Positions 9,445 through 17,487 of a stretch of DNA of 23,024 nucleotides are shown one piece after another. Position numbers and translations under genes: made by a program. Below the pieces are notes generated by a model. The model did no database searches. It was not told where the DNA came from and saw nothing but the letters and a program-made list of their open reading frames with translations. This DNA is from Elainellaceae cyanobacterium. GTDB taxonomy: Bacteria; Cyanobacteriota; Cyanobacteriia; CAZCXK01. Numbering within the stretch: position 1 is the first letter of the stretch; every line of letters starts with the position of its first letter. The stretch spans positions 1 through 23,024 of the forward strand of contig JBNPEG010000144.1 of the NCBI GenBank assembly GCA_051117555.1, read 5' to 3'.

Positions 9445-10359
9445 ATGACACATTCGACATCGACTTCGCTAAAATACGCCTATTTCCCTGGCTGCGTGGC
9501 GCAGGGTGCCTGCCGCGAGCTCTATCTTTCCACGGCGGCGCTCGCTCAAGCCCTAGAGATCGAACTGGTTGAGCTTAAGAAGGCATCATGCTGTGGCTCT
9601 GGGACGTTTAAAGAAGATTCGCAATTATTAGAAGACACCGTCAACGCCCGCAATATTGCTCTTGCCGAAGAATTGAACCTGCCGCTGTTGACTCATTGCA
9701 GCACATGCCAAGGCGTCATCGGTCGAGTAGATGACCGTTTGAAGGATAGTCACACTTCTGATCCAGCCTATCTTGAGCACGTCAATGGGTTTCTGAAAAA
9801 AGAAGGCTGTTCGCCCTATCAGGGCAGCACTCAGGTCAAGCATCTGCTCTGGGCACTGGTGGGAGACTATGGCTTAGACGCGTTGCAAGCACGGGTGACC
9901 CGAAAATTATCCGGATTGAAATGTGCGGCCTTTTATGGATGCTATCTGCTGAGAGCGCAGGAGCATTTGCCCCATGATGATCCCTATGATCCCCAATCGA
10001 TGGAAAACGTGTTTCGTGCTGTCGGGGCAACACCTGTCTATTATCGCGGGCGGACTCAATGCTGTGGTTGGCCGCTTTCGAGCTATGCCACCACTCAATC
10101 ATTTAAGATGGCAGGCACCCATATTCAGGATGCGATCGCCAACGGGGCTGACTGCATCGTCACGCCATGTCCGCTATGTCACCTGAATCTAGATTCTCGC
10201 CAGCCCGAGGTTGAACAGGTCGTGGAGCAATCTCTAGGGCTGCCCATCTTGCATTTGCCTCAACTGGTTGCATTAGCTCTGGGAGTGAGCCCGAATCAGC
10301 TAGGGCTCGATCGCCATATCGTTTCAACACGCTCCGTATTAGACAAGCTGGGATTCTAA
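9445..10359 (+). CDS. HdrB-like CCG-domain Fe-S protein (cyanobacterial type-E succinate dehydrogenase anchor subunit-like)
   Basis: YAYFPGC, SCCG, HCSTC, AFYGCYLLR, QCCG, PCPLCHLNLD and LPILHLPQL, i.e. two CCG domains. Likely start is ATG 9445. Confidence 0.88.
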   Translation: MTHSTSTSLKYAYFPGCVAQGACRELYLSTAALAQALEIELVELKKASCCGSGTFKEDSQLLEDTVNARNIALAEELNLPLLTHCSTCQGVIGRVDDRLKDSHTSDPAYLEHVNGFLKKEGCSPYQGSTQVKHLLWALVGDYGLDALQARVTRKLSGLKCAAFYGCYLLRAQEHLPHDDPYDPQSMENVFRAVGATPVYYRGRTQCCGWPLSSYATTQSFKMAGTHIQDAIANGADCIVTPCPLCHLNLDSRQPEVEQVVEQSLGLPILHLPQLVALALGVSPNQLGLDRHIVSTRSVLDKLGF

Positions 10360-10739
10360 ACCGTATCAAAGCGAGTATCAGCCTTGAGTGTGCTTGGTTC
10401 AAACTCTTGCATCCACGATAAAAAGATATCCGACCGTCTTAGAAACTCTGGTTTGCGAATCAGCAGAGCAATGTAGCGAGTCTTTTGTTTAACCACAACA
10501 GCACTGTGCTCTGTGCCGTGGATAACAGCATGGTGAAACCCATCAAGCTGCAAAGATGACGTAATCAGCGATCGCAATCCCAATGCTTGAAAAATGGTTT
10601 GCACCCAGCTAATGTCAGGATTCTCGGAAGTGGTGTAATACTCTTTGGGTAAGCCGCTGAAGTCGAAAATAGCCGCGCCAATAACCGAGTCGGAGAAGAC
10701 AGTGTCTGCATCGTGGGGTCGAGAATTATTAGAAGGCAT
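10356..10739 (-). CDS. Hypothetical protein, possible Roadblock/LC7-like fold
   Basis: 127-aa ORF whose stop overlaps the convergent hdrB-like stop. VIGAAIFDFSGLP followed by a helix and short beta strands resembles Roadblock domains. Confidence 0.6.
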   Translation of the reverse strand: MPSNNSRPHDADTVFSDSVIGAAIFDFSGLPKEYYTTSENPDISWVQTIFQALGLRSLITSSLQLDGFHHAVIHGTEHSAVVVKQKTRYIALLIRKPEFLRRSDIFLSWMQEFEPSTLKADTRFDTV

Positions 10740-10750
10740 AGCGAGGTCTG

Positions 10751-10790
10751 GAGTGAGGGGAAATAGATCGAGAATTCTATTCCCTCACTC
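10751..10790. other. Long inverted repeat / stem-loop between hydA and the hypothetical gene
   Basis: GAGTGAGGGGAAATAGA ... TCTATTCCCTCACTC, an imperfect stem of about 15 bp. There is no U-tract directly after it in the transcribed direction. Confidence 0.55.
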
Positions 10791-10854
10791 TAAAAGGCAT
10801 CCGTTCGGTAGACGACCGTAAAATCGCCTGTTTTTGCTCAATTCTGTCGCGCCG

Positions 10855-12270
10855 TTATAAGAACCGTCCTGACGCCGATCGCTTTTGATAGTGACCCATC
10901 CCCGGTTTACCCAGCCAGCGATCGCCATCGACAATCAACTGTCCTCGCAAGAATACCTTCTCGACCTTGCCCTGCACCTGCCGCCCTTCAAACAGGGAAT
11001 AATCCACATTCGAATGGTGGGTATTGGCGCTGAGCGTATGGGATTTGCTGGGATCAAATAACACCAAGTCGGCGTCGCTGCCGATGGCGATCGTGCCCTT
11101 GCGGGGAAAGAGTCCAAACATTCTAGCGGGGGCTGTCGAGGTGAGCTGCACAAAGCGATTGAGTGAAATTTTGCCGCCTACGACCCCGCCGTCATAGAGC
11201 AGGGGAATGCGAAACTCAACCCCCGGGGCTCCGTTGGGAATTTTGGAGAAATCATCCTTGCCATACTGCTTCGACTTGAGAATGCCCATCAGGTTTTCGT
11301 TGAAGCAGAAGGGGCAGTGATCGGTGGAGACAATCTGGAGGTCATCAAACTTTAAGCCGCGCCAGAGGGCATGTTGGCAGGAGTGGTCGCGCAACGGTGG
11401 CGTCATCACGTACTTGGCACTCTCGAAACCGGGGCGATCGTATTCGTCGTGGGTGAGAAACAGGTAGTGGGGGCAGGTTTCAGCAAAGGCATGAATGCCG
11501 CGATCGCGCGCTTCGACGACTGCATCCAATGCTTCCGTGGCAGACAGATGCACCATGTAGACCGGGATTTCTGCCAGTTCTGCCAGGCGAATCACCCGAT
11601 GGGTTGCTTCACCTTCTAAGATGCTGGGGCGAGTCAGCATATGGTGCTTGGGTGATGTATTGCCCTGTTCCAAGGCTTCTTCAATCAGCACCTGAATGAC
11701 GCTGCCATTCTCGGCGTGCAGATTCACCATGCCCCCATGAACACCCACCTTGCGCATCGTCTTAAAGATGGCAGCATCGTCTACCATCAACACCCCCGGA
11801 TATGCCATGTAGAGCTTAAAGCTAGACACGCCTTCGTGATTGATTAAGTCGGGCAGTTCGGCTAAGGCATCGGGCGTCACATCCGTGAGAATGACGTGAA
11901 ATCCGTAGTCAATCGAGCACTGGGGCTCAGCCGCTGCCAGGCGACGTTCGAGGGCTTGTTTGGGGCTATCTCCCTTAAACTGCTGAGCAAAATCGATGAT
12001 TGTGGTCGTGCCGCCAAAGGCTGCTGACTGGGTGCCGCTTTCAAAGGTGTCGCAGGTCTCAACGCCTCCACCCATTGGCGTTTCCATATGCACATGCACA
12101 TCGACTCCGCCCGGCATCACTATCAGCCCTGACGCATCATACTGTTCAGCCGGAGCTGCATCTAATCGTCTGCCGATTGCCTCAATCCGTCCGTCTTTGA
12201 TCAAAATATCGGCGATGTAGTCGTCAACTGCCGTAACGATTCGTCCGCCTTTGATAAGGACTTCAGACAT
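10855..12270 (-). CDS. hydA: Dihydropyrimidinase / D-hydantoinase (cyclic amidohydrolase)
   Basis: PGGVDVHVH (HxH), SSFKLYMAYPG (carboxylated Lys), LHAENG, MVHLS, ETCPHYL, STDHCPF, IPNGAPGVE and KGTIAIGSDADLV. Confidence 0.93.
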   Translation of the reverse strand: MSEVLIKGGRIVTAVDDYIADILIKDGRIEAIGRRLDAAPAEQYDASGLIVMPGGVDVHVHMETPMGGGVETCDTFESGTQSAAFGGTTTIIDFAQQFKGDSPKQALERRLAAAEPQCSIDYGFHVILTDVTPDALAELPDLINHEGVSSFKLYMAYPGVLMVDDAAIFKTMRKVGVHGGMVNLHAENGSVIQVLIEEALEQGNTSPKHHMLTRPSILEGEATHRVIRLAELAEIPVYMVHLSATEALDAVVEARDRGIHAFAETCPHYLFLTHDEYDRPGFESAKYVMTPPLRDHSCQHALWRGLKFDDLQIVSTDHCPFCFNENLMGILKSKQYGKDDFSKIPNGAPGVEFRIPLLYDGGVVGGKISLNRFVQLTSTAPARMFGLFPRKGTIAIGSDADLVLFDPSKSHTLSANTHHSNVDYSLFEGRQVQGKVEKVFLRGQLIVDGDRWLGKPGMGHYQKRSASGRFL

Positions 12271-12272
12271 AA

Positions 12273-12653
12273 TTAATTACCACCTGCCTTATACGCTGCC
12301 CATCCACCCAAATGAGAAATATCGGGCCAGCCATGCTGCTCAACCAGCTCTTGAGGATAGAGCATGGCGATCGCCGTTTCGCCATTTTCTAGCGTGACGT
12401 CAGCCGGATACATATTAGGCGGTTCGGTTGAGACAAGGTGTTCATACTGATCAGACGTCAGCTCATAAAGTTCTCCAGGAATGGCAATGCCTCCCGTGGA
12501 GACTTTGTAAATGCCGGGATGCCAACCGTCTGAAACGGCATGGAGTCGATAGTTGGGAGCCGTCTTTGCTGCTCGAACAAACGTAGCGGACTGAAGATTT
12601 TTGTGGTCAGGTTGACCCCGCAGTGCCGAACCACAGATAAATACTCGTGTCAT
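12273..12653 (-). CDS. Stand-alone allophanate hydrolase C-terminal-like / gamma-glutamylcyclotransferase-fold protein
   Basis: VFICGSALRGQP, TAPNYRLHAV, PGI, GGIAIPGELYEL and DISHLGGWAAY parallel the AtzF C-terminal domain. Its stop is 2 nt before the hydA ATG. Confidence 0.75.
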   Translation of the reverse strand: MTRVFICGSALRGQPDHKNLQSATFVRAAKTAPNYRLHAVSDGWHPGIYKVSTGGIAIPGELYELTSDQYEHLVSTEPPNMYPADVTLENGETAIAMLYPQELVEQHGWPDISHLGGWAAYKAGGN

Positions 12654-12820
12654 GCTGGTGCAATCTGAATTTCAATAAGAGTTTATTGTGGCATGACAAA
12701 GGTTTGCAAAATGCGTTTTCGAAACTGCATCGTATTGCATCGTATGGGCATGGGTAGGCGATCGGGCGAAGTTAATTTTGATAGTAATTTTGATAGATCA
12801 ATCTACTTCAGCTAGGTAAG

Positions 12821-12836
12821 TGTATCTAGAAATACA
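12821..12836. promoter_or_regulatory. NtcA box TGTA-N8-TACA in the divergent promoter region
   Basis: TGTATCTAGAAATACA, a full consensus with T/A flanks, 80 nt upstream of the ABC ATPase ATG. Confidence 0.75.
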
Positions 12837-12915
12837 ATCTCTGTTCCCAGAAACCTTAGTAATAGTGAAGAAATAAATATCTCTCTCAGCGTGGTGTTCA
12901 CACCTGCTCCACCCT

Positions 12916-14115
12916 ATGACGCAGTTCCCAATTTCAACCTCAACACCAGGAGCGATCGCATCCCAACCCTTTGAGGCAAGGGGTGATGCGTCTACTGGCA
13001 TGTCTGTCACCACGGCTAATGTGTCCCTCCGATCTATCACGAAACAGTATGGCTCATTTGTCGCGGTTGAAAACATCACCCTCGACATTCCGTCAGGGTC
13101 GTATTGCTGCTTGTTGGGGCCTAGCGGCTGCGGAAAAACGACGACGATGCGCATGATTGCCGGACATGAAGAAATTACGCAGGGTGAGATTTATATTGGC
13201 GATCGCCTCATCAATACGCTCGCTCCGGCGAAGCGCAGCACCTCAATGATGTTTCAAAACTACGCGCTGTTTCCTCACAAAACGGTGTGGCAGAATGTGG
13301 AATTTGGCATGCGGATGCAGGGAATCCCCAAGGCAGAACGGCACCAGCGCGTGGATGAAATGCTTGAGATTGTCGGACTAGGGCGATTTGCTCACCGTAA
13401 ACCCGCTCAGCTCAGCGGCGGGCAGCAGCAGCGCGTTGCACTGGCGAGAGCCCTCGTCACCCGCCCCCAGGTCTTGCTGTTGGATGAGCCCCTCAGCGCC
13501 TTGGATGAAAATTTGCGCGTCAAAACCCGAGGCGAATTGCGCAAGCTCCAGCAGCAGTTTGGCATGACCTTTATCCAAGTGACTCACAACCACGACGAAG
13601 CGTATTCCCTCGCAGATATGGTTGTGGTGATGGATCACGGACGCATCGATCAGGTCGGCACGCCCCAGGACATTTTTGCTAGGCCAATATCCCGGTTCGT
13701 CGCCAACTTCACGGCGGATAACAACATCTTTGTCGGCAAGGTTACTCGCGCCGTTGAAGACAATCCGGGCTACTCGGTGCAGCTTGACGTAGATGGGCTA
13801 GGGGCGATTATCTGCAAGGGAGACTATGCCCAGGTTGGAACGGAGGCGGCGTGTTCTGTGCGAGCCGATCGTGTCTATATTGATACCAACCCGCCCCAAA
13901 ATCCAGATCTGCCTGCTACTAATCGATTCGCAGCCCGCATCAGAGCCGTCGAATTTACTGGGTATGTCACCCGTGTCTATCTAGTATTAGAGCTGACGGG
14001 GCAAGAAATTCTCTACAAAGCTCGCACGACTGATTGGGTCGAGCGGCATTTCCATGACGGACAGAGTGTGTTGCTGAGCTGGTCTGCAGAGGATTGTGTG
14101 TTTCTACCGTACTAA
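12916..14115 (+). CDS. ABC transporter ATP-binding protein (PotA-like)
   Basis: Walker A GPSGCGKT, Q-loop FQNYALFPH, LSGGQQQRVALARAL, Walker B LLLDEP, VTH and a C-terminal TOBE-like region. The start could be 12916 or 13000. Confidence 0.93.
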   Translation: MTQFPISTSTPGAIASQPFEARGDASTGMSVTTANVSLRSITKQYGSFVAVENITLDIPSGSYCCLLGPSGCGKTTTMRMIAGHEEITQGEIYIGDRLINTLAPAKRSTSMMFQNYALFPHKTVWQNVEFGMRMQGIPKAERHQRVDEMLEIVGLGRFAHRKPAQLSGGQQQRVALARALVTRPQVLLLDEPLSALDENLRVKTRGELRKLQQQFGMTFIQVTHNHDEAYSLADMVVVMDHGRIDQVGTPQDIFARPISRFVANFTADNNIFVGKVTRAVEDNPGYSVQLDVDGLGAIICKGDYAQVGTEAACSVRADRVYIDTNPPQNPDLPATNRFAARIRAVEFTGYVTRVYLVLELTGQEILYKARTTDWVERHFHDGQSVLLSWSAEDCVFLPY

Positions 14116-14264
14116 AGAATCCACAGCTAGGAATTCGTAAGTTTGGGTAAGTCAAGCATCCGGCATCACTATTGGAGTTCTTCAAGAAATACAGTTGATT
14201 TCTTCACCATGTCGTTTTCTTCCTGATTTTCTTTCCGTTGTTTTTTTAGGTTTAACAGGTCATT

Positions 14265-15566
14265 ATGTCTAACATTTCTCGTCGTCAACTGATTCGTACT
14301 GGTTTAGCGGCTGGGGCTGCGATCGCTGCGGCTCGTTGCTCTCCTAGCGGAACTCCCAACAATCCCGCTCAAGGTCCCGAGGTCAACACCAACCAAATCA
14401 AAGATGTCACTCTGCGTTTTATCGGGACAGGGGTGTCTCAAATTAACGAAATCCGAGACAAAGCTCAGGAAGATCTGGGTTTCAAGCTCGAAATGCGGGC
14501 ACTGAGCACCGATGAAAATAACCAGATTGCCATTACTCAACCGGGTCAGTATGACGTGTTTGACGGTGAATATTTCAGCTTGCCGCTCGTCGTCCCGTCA
14601 GGTAATCTGCAGGCAGTCGATGTCAGCAAAATCAGAGATTTCGACAAAATCGTCAGCATGTTTATCACGGGGCAGTTTAACGGCATGCCCGTTGAAACCT
14701 CCCAGGGAACGTATCCCTACAGGGTGATGTATCTGACGGATCAAAATTCCACCGAGTTTGCCAGCGAACCAACCGACTGGGCGACGCTAATCCCCTTCCA
14801 ATACAACGCAGATACGCTGGGCTATCGCCCTGATTTGGTCGGACGCACCATCGAAAGCTGGGCAGAACTGTTTGACCCAGAATTTCGGGGCAAAACGTCG
14901 ATTCTTGACATTCCCTCGATCGGCATTATGGACGCGGCAATGGTCGCAGAAGCGGCAGGGCTAATGACCTTTGGCGACAAAGGCAATATGACCCAGGCAG
15001 AAATTGACCAGATTACCGAAATCTTGAAGGAGCAGAAGCGGAATGGTCAGTTCCGGGCTTTCTGGAAGACCTTTGACGAATCGGTGAACTTGATGTCATC
15101 GGGTGAAGTAGTCCTGCAATCGATGTGGTCGCCAGCAGTGACAGCCGTTAAGTCTCAAGGCATTGAGTGCGTCTATGCGCCGCTGAAAGAAGGCTATCGC
15201 GGCTGGGGTGGCGGCATTGGTTTATCCAAAAATCTGTCAGGAATCGAACTAGACGCCGCCTACGAATACATCAACTGGATGCTCGATGGCTGGGTGGGCG
15301 CATTCCTTGGACGGCAAGGCTATTACAGCGCCATCCCTGAAAATGCGAAGAAATTTATGTCTCAAGCCGAATGGGAATTTTGGTATGAAGGCAAACCTGC
15401 CTCAGAAGATATGGTAGACCCCTTCGGCAAGACTCTAGAAAAAGCAGGCGCAGTCCGCGATGGAGGCTCGTTTGAAGAGCGAATGGGGAATGTCGTGGTC
15501 TGGAATTCCACCATGGATGAGCAAGTGTATCTTGTTCAGAAATGGAACGAATTTATCGCCTCGTAG
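14265..15566 (+). CDS. ABC transporter substrate-binding protein (PotD/PotF-like), Tat-exported, possible lipoprotein
   Basis: SRRQLI Tat motif then AAARC; YNADTLGYRPDL, SWAELFDP, SMWSPAV, LKEGYRGW and AYEYINW. Confidence 0.9.
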   Translation: MSNISRRQLIRTGLAAGAAIAAARCSPSGTPNNPAQGPEVNTNQIKDVTLRFIGTGVSQINEIRDKAQEDLGFKLEMRALSTDENNQIAITQPGQYDVFDGEYFSLPLVVPSGNLQAVDVSKIRDFDKIVSMFITGQFNGMPVETSQGTYPYRVMYLTDQNSTEFASEPTDWATLIPFQYNADTLGYRPDLVGRTIESWAELFDPEFRGKTSILDIPSIGIMDAAMVAEAAGLMTFGDKGNMTQAEIDQITEILKEQKRNGQFRAFWKTFDESVNLMSSGEVVLQSMWSPAVTAVKSQGIECVYAPLKEGYRGWGGGIGLSKNLSGIELDAAYEYINWMLDGWVGAFLGRQGYYSAIPENAKKFMSQAEWEFWYEGKPASEDMVDPFGKTLEKAGAVRDGGSFEERMGNVVVWNSTMDEQVYLVQKWNEFIAS

Positions 15567-15614
15567 CGGCGCAAATTTCAGTAGGGGCATCCGGTTGCAT
15601 ATTCGAAGCAGCCC

Positions 15615-15766
15615 GCTCCCGCAGGTTGGGTTGTAGCTGGTTTCTGCGTAGCAGTACAGCGTGAAATCCCTCAATATCATAGGTTTCGCTATTGATGGGT
15701 TTCGTTGGATTACGCTAACGCTTTAGCGAAGCCATGCCCGAAGGGCTATATCCAACCTACGGGAGC
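15615..15766. repeat. REP-doublet (REPIN-like) element with a nested small insertion
   Basis: Terminal inverted repeats GCTCCCGCAGGTTGG / CCAACCTACGGGAGC (14/15). The right arm CGTTGGATTACGCTAACGCT...ATCCAACCTAC is similar to the element at 22877-22952. Confidence 0.7.
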
Positions 15767-15822
15767 ACCACGAGTTGTTTGGGTCTAACCTCCGTTTGCA
15801 CATCGATTGAGAGAACTCGCTG

Positions 15823-16446
15823 ATGACCATCGACCTTTGGATTGCGTTTGTTCTGGCGGCCAGCGTCATTATCGCTATTCCCGGCCCTATTAATTTCATG
15901 GTGATGGCAGTCGGTCTACGCAGCGGCATTCGCCCGACGTTTGCCACCATTGTTGGCGTCATACCGGGCATTATTGTTTCGATGACGCTGTCATTCATTG
16001 GGTTAGGAGCCATCCTGGCTGCGTCGGCTGAGCTATTTATGCTAGTCAAATGGGCAGGTGCGCTCTACCTGATCTATCTCGGCATCATGCAGTGGCGATT
16101 AGATCCTCACCCTGAATATATGGAGGGGGCGATCGCTGACCCACAGCGCCTGGACGTTATGACCCAAGCGTTCACTGCTGCTCTACTGAACCCCAAAGCC
16201 ATCATTTTCTTTGCCACGTTTATGCCGCAGTTTATCTCTTCCAGCGCTCCGGTGTTGCCACAGATGCTGATTCTAGGAGCGACATTTATTGTCATTGGCT
16301 TTCCGATTCACTTTGCCTACGCCGTCATGGCTGGTGGCTTCCGCGAAACGATCCGAAACGTGCGGGTGCTTCGCACGCTCAACCGCCTGGGAGGCAGCAT
16401 TCTCATTGGTGCCGGAGTGATGACGGCATCGCTCAAGCGCACATGA
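15823..16446 (+). CDS. LysE/RhtB family translocator
   Basis: IAIPGP, KWAGALYLIYLG, LLNPKAIIFF..FMPQF and NRLGGSILIGAG. Confidence 0.92.
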   Translation: MTIDLWIAFVLAASVIIAIPGPINFMVMAVGLRSGIRPTFATIVGVIPGIIVSMTLSFIGLGAILAASAELFMLVKWAGALYLIYLGIMQWRLDPHPEYMEGAIADPQRLDVMTQAFTAALLNPKAIIFFATFMPQFISSSAPVLPQMLILGATFIVIGFPIHFAYAVMAGGFRETIRNVRVLRTLNRLGGSILIGAGVMTASLKRT

Positions 16447-16516
16447 AACATTGATTCATAAGTCAGGTTTGGAGAATCGGGACAAGAATTCTAGGTTTCC
16501 AATCAGTCGAGCGGAG

Positions 16517-17386
16517 ATGAGTGCTCTGATGTCTAACCCCCTAAAGGTGATTCAGCCCTACGTATTGGCGACGCCACAAGCCCTCATATTTGTACTGTTC
16601 TTGATCTTCCCCATTATTATGATTGGGATTGTCAGCTTCTGGCAGTTCAATGGCTACGCGATGGTGCCTGCCTTTACGCTAGACAACTACATCAATATCT
16701 TCACGTCCGATGTTTCGCTAAAGACCTACCTCAATACCTTTAAATATGTGGCCTTGGTGTGGTTTTGCTGTTTGGCGATCGCCTTTCCAGTTGCCTATTT
16801 CTTATCTTTTCACATCCAAAATTCCAAGCTACAAGTCATTCTGTTTCTCGTCTGCACCGTCCCCTTTTGGACATCCAACATCATCCGCATGATTTCCTGG
16901 ATTCCGCTGTTGGGCAAGGAAGGACTGGTGAACCAACTGCTAATGGGGATAGGCATCGTGCAGCAACCCGTCGAATGGTTGCTCTATTCTGACTTTGCGA
17001 TCGTCTTGGGCATGGTGCATCTGTTCAACTTTTTTATGATTGCCCCTATCTTCAACAGCCTCATGCGAATCGATCGAGACTTGATCACCGCGGCTCAAGA
17101 CATGGGCGCATCGGGGTTTCAGGTCTTACGAGAAATCATTTTGCCCCTAGCCGCACCCGGCATTGCGATCGGTTCCATCTTTGTCGTAACGCTGGTGATG
17201 GGTGAATTTGTCACCGTTCGCCTGATGGGAGGTGGACAATCCGCCTCAGTCGGCAAGCTAATCCAAACTCAGATCGGCAGTTTGCAATATCCCCTTGCTG
17301 CGGCTAATGCAGTCGTGTTGCTACTCGTGACGCTGATTTTAGTCATGGCAATTCTGCGAGTCGTCGATATTCGTAAAGAGCTTTAG
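16517..17386 (+). CDS. ABC transporter permease (PotB-like)
   Basis: FTLDNY, IAFPVAYF, VPFWTSNIIR, EAA-like loop LITAAQDMGAS, ILPLAAPGI and YPLAAA. Likely start is ATG 16517 or 16529 rather than TTG 16451. Confidence 0.92.
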   Translation: MSALMSNPLKVIQPYVLATPQALIFVLFLIFPIIMIGIVSFWQFNGYAMVPAFTLDNYINIFTSDVSLKTYLNTFKYVALVWFCCLAIAFPVAYFLSFHIQNSKLQVILFLVCTVPFWTSNIIRMISWIPLLGKEGLVNQLLMGIGIVQQPVEWLLYSDFAIVLGMVHLFNFFMIAPIFNSLMRIDRDLITAAQDMGASGFQVLREIILPLAAPGIAIGSIFVVTLVMGEFVTVRLMGGGQSASVGKLIQTQIGSLQYPLAAANAVVLLLVTLILVMAILRVVDIRKEL

Positions 17387-17487
17387 AGAGAAAGCTGACT
17401 GATGCCGCGAAACTCTAAGAGAATGTTTGAGCTGGAGTTTGAGCCCCAGCAGGCTATGCCACAGACTATGCAATGTTATGGAAAATC

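Noticed and set aside
12798..13154. 118-aa minus-strand ORF over the ABC ATPase start
   Set aside because: It is antisense to a conserved gene, overlaps the promoter and NtcA box, and shows no family features.
12654..14264. Guanidine or glutamine riboswitch ahead of the transporter genes
   Set aside because: I could not find the conserved ykkC or glnA motif nucleotides by eye. An Rfam/Infernal scan would settle it.
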